Below, in pieces: positions 55,422 to 63,924 of a stretch of 64,000 bases of DNA (positions are counted from its first letter, which is position 1; each line of letters begins with the position of its first letter). Location of the stretch: the NCBI GenBank assembly GCA_963706445.1, contig OY970160.1:1408001-1472000 (forward strand). Direction: 5' to 3'. Position numbers and translations under genes: made by a program. The notes under the pieces are model-generated. The model did no database searches and had not been told where the DNA came from. It saw only the letters and a program-made list of their open reading frames with translations. Origin of the DNA: an uncultured Nitrososphaerales archaeon. GTDB lineage: Archaea; Thermoproteota; Nitrososphaeria; Nitrososphaerales; Gagatemarchaeaceae.

Positions 55422-56384
55422 ACGCCGGACGAGCTTGGCGTGATACGGTCCATAGTGGCCATGGCCGGGAAGACTCCGAGAGGGTATCTGATGAACGGAG
55501 ACGACGTCGCCCTGATTCCCGCGGGACGGGGAAAGCTCGTCGTCAAGGTGGACATGCTCGTGGAACACACCGACGTCCCATTGGGGATGAGCTACAGGCA
55601 GGCCGCCCGAAAGGCTGTCGCCATGTGTGTCAGCGACTTCGCTGCCAAGGGAGCAAGACCTGATTCGTTCATGATTTCTTTGGGGTTGAAGAAGGGTGTG
55701 ACCCAGGAGCAGGTGGACGAGCTCGGGCTCGGGTTCAGCGACGCCGAAAGGAAGTGGGGGGTCCACCTGGTAGGTGGGGACACGAATGAGGCGATGGAAT
55801 TGATCGTCGACTGCGCCATGGTCGGGTTCGCAGAGCGGGTGGTGTCGAGGGGGGGCGCCTCCCCGGGAGATGCCCTGGTGGTTACTGGGCGGTTCGGCCT
55901 CCAGCCCGCAGGGCTGAAGATACTTTCAGGCGAAACCGTTGCAGATCAGGGGTTCGGGGAGAGGGCGAAACGGAGCGTCCTGAATCCGACACCGGACCTC
56001 GCGGTGGGGCTCGCTCTGGGTCCGTACCTGTCCTCCGCCATGGACTCCAGCGACGGACTGGCGAGGAGCCTTCACTCTCTGGCGAAAGAGAGCAGGGTCG
56101 GGTTTGAGGTGACAGGCCTCCCGATGGCCAACGGCGTGGAGAAGTTTGCGATGAAGAACGGTCTGAGCGCCGAGGACCTCGTACTAAATGGGGGGGAGGA
56201 ATATGTCGTCGTGGGGACCGTCAAGAGGTCAAGGCTCAAGGCGGCCAGGTCAGCGGCGGTGAGGGCAGGCGGTGACCTCTTGCAGATAGGAGAAGCTACG
56301 GCTTCGAAAAGGGTTGTCCTAAGGAGAGATGGAAAGGCCGAGCCAATCAGGGACTCGGGGTGGACCCACCTATCGGGACGCTGA
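55422..56384 (+). CDS. thiL: thiamine-monophosphate kinase (start uncertain: ACG 55422 or GTG 55440)
   Basis: GDDVA, KVDMLVE, SDFAAKGA, GGDTN, DSSDGL, GGEEY, GWTH. Confidence 0.92.
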   Translation, partial: TPDELGVIRSIVAMAGKTPRGYLMNGDDVALIPAGRGKLVVKVDMLVEHTDVPLGMSYRQAARKAVAMCVSDFAAKGARPDSFMISLGLKKGVTQEQVDELGLGFSDAERKWGVHLVGGDTNEAMELIVDCAMVGFAERVVSRGGASPGDALVVTGRFGLQPAGLKILSGETVADQGFGERAKRSVLNPTPDLAVGLALGPYLSSAMDSSDGLARSLHSLAKESRVGFEVTGLPMANGVEKFAMKNGLSAEDLVLNGGEEYVVVGTVKRSRLKAARSAAVRAGGDLLQIGEATASKRVVLRRDGKAEPIRDSGWTHLSGR

Positions 56385-57737
56385 TCTTACGACCTTCGAG
56401 AACTTACTGACCAGCTGGTCCGCCCTTTCCTGGGTCTCCGACTCCGCGAATATTCTGATGATCGGCTCCGTGCCGCTGGGCCTGACGAGGACCCATGAGC
56501 GTTCATCGGTCCAAATCTTGATGCCGTCTATCTTTTCCACTTCCCCCTTGGCCTGACGTTCGACGGCGCGCATGACAAGGTCGACCCCTTTCTTGCCCAC
56601 CTCGAGCTTCGTCTTCGACTGATAGAACCGCGGCACGACGAAGGAGAAGGCCTTGGAGAATGACATTCCTCTGCTCGCCAGGCATTCGAGCATCAAAGCG
56701 GTCGTCATCCCGCCGTCCCTCACGGGAATGTGTGGTTGGTAGAGGCACCCTCCGTTCTCCTCGAATCCAAAGACGGCGCCCCTCTCAATGATCATCCTGG
56801 ATATCTCGACGCTGCCTACCCTGGTCCGGAGGACCTTGGCGCTGTGCTTCTTCGCCACTGCGTCGATGGCCTGTCCAGACGAGACGGATGTCACGATGGT
56901 GCCCCCTTTGTGCTTGTCAAGGACGAAGTCGGCCAGCAGGCACCCGCTCTGGTCTCCCCAGAGCACCCTCCCGTCCTCGCCGCAGAAGATGGACCTGTCG
57001 CCGTCGCCGTCATAGGCGACCCCCAGGTCTGCGCCTACGGCCTTGACCGACGCCGAGAGGTCCTTCAGTGTGTCGGGGGTCGGCTCGGGACCGCGGCCTG
57101 GGAAGTTGCCGTCGACGACCGAGTTGATTGTTATCAGCTTGCACCCCAAAGTTTCGACGAGGTATGGTGCGGCGACCGACTGCGCGCCGTTCCCAAGGTC
57201 CATAACCACTGTGAACTCCCTTTCCGCTATCGCCTTGGCGTTTACCTTGGAGAGGATCCCTTTCAGATATGCGCGGACGATCGAAGGTTCCTTCCTCGCG
57301 ACTCCGATGGATTTCCAGTCCGCCTTCGACTGAGATTTGTCGAAGTAGATCTTCTCTATCCTCTGCTCGTCGAGGTGCGGTATCTCGACCCCGTCGTTCC
57401 CTGACACCTTGAGCCCGTTGTACTGCGGGGGGTTGTGTGAAGCGGTCACCATCACCCCCCCGCGGAATCCCAGAGCTTTGACGCCGTACTGGAGGGCAGG
57501 GGTCGGGACAAGCCCTGCCTCGGCCACATCTCTCCCGGAACTCAGGAGGCCTGAGGCTGCGGCGTTCGCAAGGGCGGGGCTGGAGAGGCGCCCGTCATTC
57601 CCCAAGAGAACCTCTCCATTCCCGAAGTAGGTGCCTATGGCCTCGCTGAGGCTGATAACGAAATCGAGGTCGTGTGAGACGCCCGGGACGAACCTAACGC
57701 CGTTGGTCCCGAAGAGTCGCTGTTGAGGCGCGGCCAA
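56370..57737 (-). CDS. glmM: phosphoglucosamine mutase
   Basis: LFGTNGVR, TASHNP, PEP, DGDGDR, GFEENGG, RPSGTEP. Confidence 0.88.
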   Translation of the reverse strand: MAAPQQRLFGTNGVRFVPGVSHDLDFVISLSEAIGTYFGNGEVLLGNDGRLSSPALANAAASGLLSSGRDVAEAGLVPTPALQYGVKALGFRGGVMVTASHNPPQYNGLKVSGNDGVEIPHLDEQRIEKIYFDKSQSKADWKSIGVARKEPSIVRAYLKGILSKVNAKAIAEREFTVVMDLGNGAQSVAAPYLVETLGCKLITINSVVDGNFPGRGPEPTPDTLKDLSASVKAVGADLGVAYDGDGDRSIFCGEDGRVLWGDQSGCLLADFVLDKHKGGTIVTSVSSGQAIDAVAKKHSAKVLRTRVGSVEISRMIIERGAVFGFEENGGCLYQPHIPVRDGGMTTALMLECLASRGMSFSKAFSFVVPRFYQSKTKLEVGKKGVDLVMRAVERQAKGEVEKIDGIKIWTDERSWVLVRPSGTEPIIRIFAESETQERADQLVSKFSKVVRSASR

Positions 57738-57853
57738 GGGCCGACGATTCGTGTCGGACAGGATAAAACCTTCCGATTTTTGCCTCTCTCACGGCGCGAA
57801 TGGAAGAATTCTGGTCTGCAAAGCTTATCTTGAAACCTCGGACGACGGCGATA

Positions 57854-57946
57854 GGGCCCGTAGCGCAGTACGGATAGCGCGGCAGCCTTCTAAGCTGTAG
57901 GGAGCCAAGCTCGCAGAGGTCGTGCGTTCAAATCGCACCGGGCCCG
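57854..57946 (+). tRNA. tRNA-Arg(TCT) with 18-nt intron (57901-57918) at position 45/46
   Basis: Acceptor stem GGGCCCG/CGGGCCC; anticodon arm GCAGC-CTTCTAA-GCTGT. Removing GGAGCCAAGCTCGCAGAG restores variable loop AGGTC. BHB-like CTGT/GCAG helix with two AGG bulges. Confidence 0.92.
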
Positions 57947-58051
57947 CAGTTTTCAACGCTCGATTCCTCAATTCAGCAGGGCCGCCTGTGTGATTCTCAC
58001 AACTGGGAAAGGACTTCGGGGCTTAAACGAGCCAGCCTCGTCCAACCGAGC

Positions 58052-58534
58052 ATGGGCAAGACAGGAAAGAAGATCGTAAAAGCAAACATCAACGCGGTCC
58101 TGAAGGATCTGAACGCGGCATATTCCGACGAGTGGCTCGCACATTTCCAATACTGGTATATGGCGAAGTGGATCAAAGGCATGGACGCAGACACCTTGAG
58201 GCCCATCCTCGAGGAACAGTCGGCGGACGAGCTGGGCCACGCGGGGAAGATAGCGGACAGAATCCTCCAGCTAGGAGGCCGGCCGGTCGCCCATCCGGCT
58301 CAGCTCCTAGAGAAGTGCGGCTGTGGATTCAAGGAACCTACCAATGACCCTACCAACCTCAAGCAGGTGGTGCAGGACGTTCTGGCGGCCGAAGCCTGCG
58401 CCATAGAGTTCTACAACAAGATGACGGAGAAATACCGGGGCACAGACATCATCACCCACGAGCTCTTCGAGGACCTGCTGAAAGATGAGATCTCTGACGA
58501 AGAAGAATGGGAGCGCTTCCTGCCTGGTCTCTAG
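58052..58534 (+). CDS. ferritin-like DpsL/bacterioferritin-related protein
   Basis: AYSDEWLA..QYW, DELGHA..RI.QLGG, AEACAI..Y, DEISDE; Cys pair typical of DPSL proteins. Confidence 0.9.
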   Translation: MGKTGKKIVKANINAVLKDLNAAYSDEWLAHFQYWYMAKWIKGMDADTLRPILEEQSADELGHAGKIADRILQLGGRPVAHPAQLLEKCGCGFKEPTNDPTNLKQVVQDVLAAEACAIEFYNKMTEKYRGTDIITHELFEDLLKDEISDEEEWERFLPGL

Positions 58535-58583
58535 CCGGTAGCATCAATCAGCATAAATATCGAAGACGCGTCCACTTTCTCGG

Positions 58584-60773
58584 TTGGACCGGGCTAGCGG
58601 TCTCGAGAAACCAGTCAACGTAGCATTCGTCGTACTTCTTTTCTTCCTTTTCGCAAGCTCCCTTGGGTCGTTTTCGTCCCCGGCCCATGGACAGACTCCG
58701 GCTGTGAACGGGGTCGGCCCGTGGGTCCAGCAGGACAATTATGGCTCATCGTCGACGTCAGGGGGGATCCTCATTCTGGGGGTGTCGTGCGTCGCCTACT
58801 CGGGCTACGAGTACTGTGTCGGAGGGCAAAACCTGCAGAAGCTGACGAATCCCGACATCAGCGACGTCTTCTACGCTTCGGTATCGTCGACCGGCTCGCT
58901 CGGGCCCTGGACTGAGACGACGGACTACGGCGCGACATCTGGTACCTCTGGGAGCGGAGGCTTGGGAATCGAGTGGCCGTCATGCGTTCAATACAACGGT
59001 TACGTATACTGCGTGGGCGGCGCCACCAACAGCGGCACCACGAGTCAGGTGTTCTTCGCACAGCTATCCTCGTCTGGTGTGGGGGCCTGGAAGGAGACCA
59101 CGGACTACGGCGCCGCATCCGGGCACACGGGGTCCGGGGGCGTCTCCATCTCCTCCCAAGCGTGTGTTGACGACAGCGGCACCATGTTCTGCATCGGAGG
59201 GACGGTTGGTTTCTCTCCCGTAAGCGATGTGTTCTACGCCAATCTCACGTCATCAGGGGTGGGTCCATGGACGGAGACGACCGACTATGGGGCGTCCTCT
59301 GGTAATACCGGGAGCGGAGGGGTCCCGATCTATGGGACCACCTGCGTCGCCTACCTGTCCACTCTCATATGCGTGAACGGGGACACGACGGGTAATACTG
59401 GCACGAGCGGAGTCTACTACGCCAAGGACCCGGTGGACCTCAAGTGGATTCAGGTGGCCCCGTTCCCAGGCGCAGGGTATTGGGAGTTCTGCAATGTCCC
59501 GGCGGCATCCTCGCCTAAGATGCTATGCTCCGGGGGCGGGTCCAACGGCGTTGAGTCAGGCACCATCCAGACGACGGAGTCGACTACGAGCACCACCACG
59601 TCGTCGACTACAACCACAACTTCGACCGCTCCGACGACCAGCACGCCTACAACTCCGCCTACCTCGACCACCACGACGACTACATCGACAACCGGCGCCT
59701 CGAGCACAACCGAGACATCGGAGTCGACTGCGGGCGTTACTACAACGCCCACTTCGTCGTCGAACAACAGTCTGCTCTTGGGTGGGATTGTGGTTGCTCT
59801 CTTGATTGTTGGCCTCCTCGGGTACCTGTTCTGGAGAAGGACGAAAAAACCTGAAGTCCCACCCGTAGTCCCGCCCATGGCAACTGAAAAGCCGCCGCCT
59901 CCGAAGGAGACCCCCACGGGGACGACCCCGCCCGATAACACGCCGTGCTGCGGTCCAGACATTACCGACAACGTTCTCGCCGGGATGTTGAAGCTAATGC
60001 AAGACTTCTTCACCTGGAACAGCGCGACCCAGTCAACGGAGTTTGGCTATCTGACGGCGGTGACCGGCGAACCAAGCTACAACAACGCCTGGGACATCGA
60101 GGAACTGGCCCCGTCCGGTGGGAGGTCAAGCATCTGGGAGTTCAACAAGCCAGGAGTCACCTACCAGAACGCAAAAGATGGTTACATGAAGACCCTGGCG
60201 CCGTACGTGGGCCGCTGCATGAAGCCGCCCTACCCTTGCGACCCTTCAGTCATGTTCCTCAACAACTGCCATCACCCCCAGGTGGTGAACTACGTGGAGT
60301 GGGGCGTGCTCGCGCGTCTAAGGGAATGGTACGAAGAAAACGAAGCGCACAAGATGAAGATGCAAGACACGAGCACCGGAATCGCCAACGATGCTGCCGC
60401 CACATCCTCGACCTACACACCGGTCACCAGCTATGGTGACACCACCTACGGCGACTTCCACAAGGCCCGGAGCGGGACCGTCCCTGGCCTTACCGACCCT
60501 CACTATCAGGACCAGGTCGCCATGTGCAACGTGGGCTGGCGGCTTGCCGAAGATTACATCACGCGGATGAAGAGCGGGGGGTTCATGTCCACCTACAAGC
60601 TAGGCCAGGTGAACAGGCTCGCCCTGCAGGCTATCCTGGAGATGTACGAGGACAAATCGAGGCCGACCGCCAATTGCAAGAATGGTTGCGGCAAATACAG
60701 TCCGCCGAACGCGTTCAGATACGTCTTCGGTGACAAGCAGCCTTTGCGGGCGGGCTTGGTCTCAGACTACTGA
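58584..60773 (+). CDS. single-pass membrane protein: kelch-like Cys repeats, Ser/Thr stalk, TM, Pro-rich linker, cytoplasmic toxin-like domain
   Basis: Signal peptide, 4-5 repeats, TM at 59772-59834 followed by RRTKK, and a C-terminal domain of about 275 aa. Confidence 0.8.
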   Translation: MDRASGLEKPVNVAFVVLLFFLFASSLGSFSSPAHGQTPAVNGVGPWVQQDNYGSSSTSGGILILGVSCVAYSGYEYCVGGQNLQKLTNPDISDVFYASVSSTGSLGPWTETTDYGATSGTSGSGGLGIEWPSCVQYNGYVYCVGGATNSGTTSQVFFAQLSSSGVGAWKETTDYGAASGHTGSGGVSISSQACVDDSGTMFCIGGTVGFSPVSDVFYANLTSSGVGPWTETTDYGASSGNTGSGGVPIYGTTCVAYLSTLICVNGDTTGNTGTSGVYYAKDPVDLKWIQVAPFPGAGYWEFCNVPAASSPKMLCSGGGSNGVESGTIQTTESTTSTTTSSTTTTTSTAPTTSTPTTPPTSTTTTTTSTTGASSTTETSESTAGVTTTPTSSSNNSLLLGGIVVALLIVGLLGYLFWRRTKKPEVPPVVPPMATEKPPPPKETPTGTTPPDNTPCCGPDITDNVLAGMLKLMQDFFTWNSATQSTEFGYLTAVTGEPSYNNAWDIEELAPSGGRSSIWEFNKPGVTYQNAKDGYMKTLAPYVGRCMKPPYPCDPSVMFLNNCHHPQVVNYVEWGVLARLREWYEENEAHKMKMQDTSTGIANDAAATSSTYTPVTSYGDTTYGDFHKARSGTVPGLTDPHYQDQVAMCNVGWRLAEDYITRMKSGGFMSTYKLGQVNRLALQAILEMYEDKSRPTANCKNGCGKYSPPNAFRYVFGDKQPLRAGLVSDY
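58710..59540 (+). repeat. intragenic ~60-aa (180-bp) tandem repeats
   Basis: Trp codons of GPWxETTDYG lie at 58908, 59088 and 59268 (exact 180-bp period), plus 58722. Each unit has C-x8-C, mostly followed by (V/I)GG, and V(F/Y)(Y/F)A. Confidence 0.85.
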
Positions 60774-60783
60774 ACCGTCAAAC

Positions 60784-61656
60784 CTACTTCCAGGTGGAAA
60801 TCGCCACAGCCACCAGCATCAGACCTCCCCCCGCAACTACAGAAAGGGTGACCGGTTCGCCCAACAGAAGCGCTCCGCCAACGACGCTGACCACTGGTAT
60901 GAGATAGAGTTGGATGGATAGCCTGGTGACGGCGCCCCGGCTCACCATGGCATAGAACATCAGTTACCCGAAGACTGTGCTGAGGAGGGCGAGGTAGAGC
61001 ACGCTGGTCCAACCGAGGATCGAGAGTGTGGAGACCTGGGCAAAGAAGCTCCCTGACAAGAGTGGGAGCAGCATAGCGGTCCCGACCAGTCCGGCCATGA
61101 TGGTGGTGGATGCTGAACCGTACTTGTGGACCAACGGCTTTCCGAGCACTGTGAAGAGAGCGTAGCAGAGCGCGGTGATCAGAGCTTCGGCGACCCCTAC
61201 ATAGGAGGAGAGGTTGTTCACAGATATCGACCCAGCCGAAAGTATGGCGGTGCCCACGAAGGCCAAGGCCAGCCCGAAGAGTACCCTCCGACCGACCCGC
61301 TCTGAAAGAAGAAGGTAAGACAAGATCGCTATGAAGATCGGTCCGAAGGCGATGATGAGGGCCGAGAGTCCTGCCGAAAGAGTCGTCTCAGCGTAGTTCA
61401 GCGAGACGTGATAACCCATTACGTTCGCAAAGGCCACCACGAGCAGGCGGGGGAGGTCCCTCCGTTCGAACCTGATCTTCGGCCTTCCGATGATGGGGAG
61501 GAGGACCAGGAACGGGACGCCGGCGAGTAACCATCGCAAGAGCGCGAGGTTCACGGGGGAGAGCTCGGTGTCTGCCTGTTTGATGGCGACGAACGCCATT
61601 CCCCAGATAACGCTAAGGACTGCAAGCCCCGCGTAGGCTGTGATGCTTTTTCTCAT
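60784..61656 (-). pseudogene. DMT/EamA transporter interrupted by in-frame TAA at 60964-60966
   Basis: After VFG* the same frame continues LMFYAMVSRGAVTRLSIQLYLIPVVSVVGGALLLGEPVT...TWK*, the normal EamA C-terminus. Confidence 0.85.
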
Positions 61657-61671
61657 TTGATGCTGTTGCTC

Positions 61672-62535
61672 TCAGTTGCGGCGGGCGGCCGCAAGTCTGC
61701 GCTCGGTGGATAGGAGGACTTCCTTTCGGTTGATGCCCAGACCATAACCTCCGAGGCTCCCGTCCTTTCTGATCACCCTGTGGCATGGGATTATCAGAGG
61801 GACCGGGTTCGAGGCGCAGGCGTTGGCGACGGCCCTCACCGCCCTCGGCTCCCCGATCATCTCCGCGACGTCGCTGTATGACCTCGTCTCTCCAAGAGGG
61901 ATGTCGCTCAGGGCAGCCCAGACCCTAAGCTGGAAGTCAGTCCCCCGCACTTCGACTGGGAGCTTGACCTCCTGGCCGTTCAGGTGGTCGTTCAGGGCCT
62001 CCAAGAATTGGCTGGCTTTCCGTCCCCTGGCGAACTGTGCCTTTGGGAACTCTTTCTTGAGCGCCTTAATCAGGTCTTCATCTTTTGTCCCCGCCTTCAC
62101 CGAACAGATTCCGTGTTCTGTTGTGGCGACGAGGATCCTTCCGATAGAAGAGTCCCCGGTGGCGTAGGTGATGAAGGTCCCCGGCGCGCCGTTCCTGTAG
62201 GTCCCTGGAGTCATGCCCAGCCTGGTCCGGGAGTCCTCGTACAGCCAGCTTTGCGCGGAATATCCCGTGCCTCTTAGAGCGGTAATCACAGGTTCCCCCT
62301 TTGTCAATCGGGACCTGAGGTCGTTCAACCTGCATTCCTCCAGGTATTTGCGGGGGGACATTCCCATCACATCAGAGAACGTCCTCTGAAGGTGGAAGGG
62401 GCTCAAGCCGAACTCCCGGCCCAGGCCCTCGAGTGTGATCTTCGATTTTGAATTGGCCCGGATATAATCGCAGATGTTCCGCACAAGTTCGGCGTTCTTC
62501 GCTGAACTGCCTGACTCCGAGACGACTCGTTGCAA
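61672..62535 (-). CDS. Ada-like protein: AraC HTH plus O6-methylguanine-DNA methyltransferase, without the Zn-binding N-domain
   Basis: LSPFHLQRTF..GMSPRKY, LGMTP, GTDFQ..VW, AVRAVANAC, IPCHRV. Confidence 0.9.
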   Translation of the reverse strand: MQRVVSESGSSAKNAELVRNICDYIRANSKSKITLEGLGREFGLSPFHLQRTFSDVMGMSPRKYLEECRLNDLRSRLTKGEPVITALRGTGYSAQSWLYEDSRTRLGMTPGTYRNGAPGTFITYATGDSSIGRILVATTEHGICSVKAGTKDEDLIKALKKEFPKAQFARGRKASQFLEALNDHLNGQEVKLPVEVRGTDFQLRVWAALSDIPLGETRSYSDVAEMIGEPRAVRAVANACASNPVPLIIPCHRVIRKDGSLGGYGLGINRKEVLLSTERRLAAARRN

Positions 62536-62592
62536 GTCTTGTCGAGTTGGTGGCCGCCGTTCGGTAATAAGCCGTTTTGTCGCTTTCTTGCG

Positions 62593-63492
62593 CTAGAAGA
62601 CCTTGATGCCTGGGAACTCGTAGCTGACTATTGCGCCCAGCGCGAAGACCAGGGCAGTCGTGGCAAAGAGTATCACTAGGATTTCTGTGAAGTCCCTGAA
62701 GAAGCGTTTTTCCGAAATTACCACGCTGTACCAAGTCGTGATCGCGAGGATGACGACGGCGAGGGTGAGGGAGGAGGACAGGGCCAGTATCATGTTCGAA
62801 GTCAGGAAATAGGGGGTAGCGAGGATTATTGCTGTCACGAAGTATGAGATGCCTGTATAGGCCGCGCTGAGCCTTGCGGACCCTTGGAAGCCCTGCTTTG
62901 CCTGTGCGAAAGCGGCGGAAGCCATCGCCATAGAAGCTGCGCCCCCTGCGATGACACCGGCGAGGCCAGCGATTTCGGTCTTATCGAAGAGGCCGAGCCA
63001 CCCCGCATGGATCCCTGAGATCTCCACGAGGGCGTCCGCGAGACCGAGCACGACGAATGAGATGTACCTTACTGCGGAGCTTTCCACCTTGAGCTCGAAC
63101 GCCTTCTCGTGCTCCCGCTCGTCGGCGACCATCGCGTCGAAGGCGGGCTTGTCCGATTCGGGTATCAGCTCGGCGAGCCCTTGGTACTCTTTGACGACGT
63201 TCTCCTCGTGCCTGTCGAGATACCTTGTGGCAAAGGTGAGGCCGAAGAACCTTCTCAGGAAGAGGACCCAGTAGAGTTTCAGCTTTGCCAGCTTGGGTTC
63301 CTCGTCGGGAACGTACTTCCTCCAGAATTCGTAGTGACCATGTTCAGTATCGGAGAGCGTCTTTAGGACTGAGACGAAGGGGCTGTCGGACTCTACAGTC
63401 CTTGAGAGCCTGTCGTAGAGCGTGTAGTCGGACCATTCGTCGGACATCCGCACGCGGGCGACCTTCTGAAGGGCAGGACCGGCCGACGACAT
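62593..63492 (-). CDS. rubrerythrin-like ferritin domain fused to VIT1/CCC1 iron transporter
   Basis: DE..DY..Y, E.GH, DEREHE di-iron helices, then VLGLADALVE and multiple TMs. Start estimated at ATG 63492. Confidence 0.88.
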   Translation of the reverse strand: MSSAGPALQKVARVRMSDEWSDYTLYDRLSRTVESDSPFVSVLKTLSDTEHGHYEFWRKYVPDEEPKLAKLKLYWVLFLRRFFGLTFATRYLDRHEENVVKEYQGLAELIPESDKPAFDAMVADEREHEKAFELKVESSAVRYISFVVLGLADALVEISGIHAGWLGLFDKTEIAGLAGVIAGGAASMAMASAAFAQAKQGFQGSARLSAAYTGISYFVTAIILATPYFLTSNMILALSSSLTLAVVILAITTWYSVVISEKRFFRDFTEILVILFATTALVFALGAIVSYEFPGIKVF

Positions 63493-63610
63493 CTGATGAT
63501 TTTCGCGAGATTGAGAGTCGTATTTGAACCCTGAGGGCGGTTTCTTGGCCATGAAAGCGGCCAAAGTGTGGGTTTATAGCGGGAAGTGACAATGACAAGA
63601 TTGACGGCTA

Positions 63611-63781
63611 ATGAAGGCCAACAAGGGGTCAACTTGGCACACTCTCAAGGCAAGGGAAACCATTGAGGAACGCGTGAACCATTTCAAGCAATTCGGGTTT
63701 GACACACTCGTGATTTGGCAGGACGAACTCAGAGACGAGGTTCAAGTTGCTGCGAAGATAAAGTCATTCGGAGGTGAATAG
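63611..63781 (+). pseudogene. C-terminal fragment of a Vsr/DUF559-like endonuclease
   Basis: Manual translation gives MKANKGSTWHTLKARETIEERVNHFKQFGFDTLVIWQDELRDEVQVAAKIKSFGGE*. GxxWH and GFxTLVIW motifs are present; the catalytic N-terminus is absent. Confidence 0.55.
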
Positions 63782-63783
63782 AA

Positions 63784-63924
63784 ACGACAAGTGGATATTG
63801 CGTGAAATGCAAAGCCTCGCGGGAAATGAAGAACCCGCAAAGCATCACAATGAAGAACGGCAGGCATGCGATAAAGGGGACGTGCCCTGTCTGCGGGACG
63901 AAGATGTTCAGGATTGGCGCCTAG
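63784..63924 (+). CDS. DUF5679-type zinc-ribbon micro-protein (apparent ACG start)
   Basis: (T/M)TSGYCVKCKASREMKNPQSITMKNGRHAIKGTCPVCGTKMFRIGA*. Perfect SD GGAGGTGA at 63770-63777. Confidence 0.8.
   Translation, partial: TTSGYCVKCKASREMKNPQSITMKNGRHAIKGTCPVCGTKMFRIGA

Noticed and set aside
58710-59770. CRISPR array or non-coding tandem repeat
   Set aside because: The repeats are degenerate, in-frame 180-bp coding units followed by a Ser/Thr low-complexity stalk; there are no identical repeats with unique spacers.
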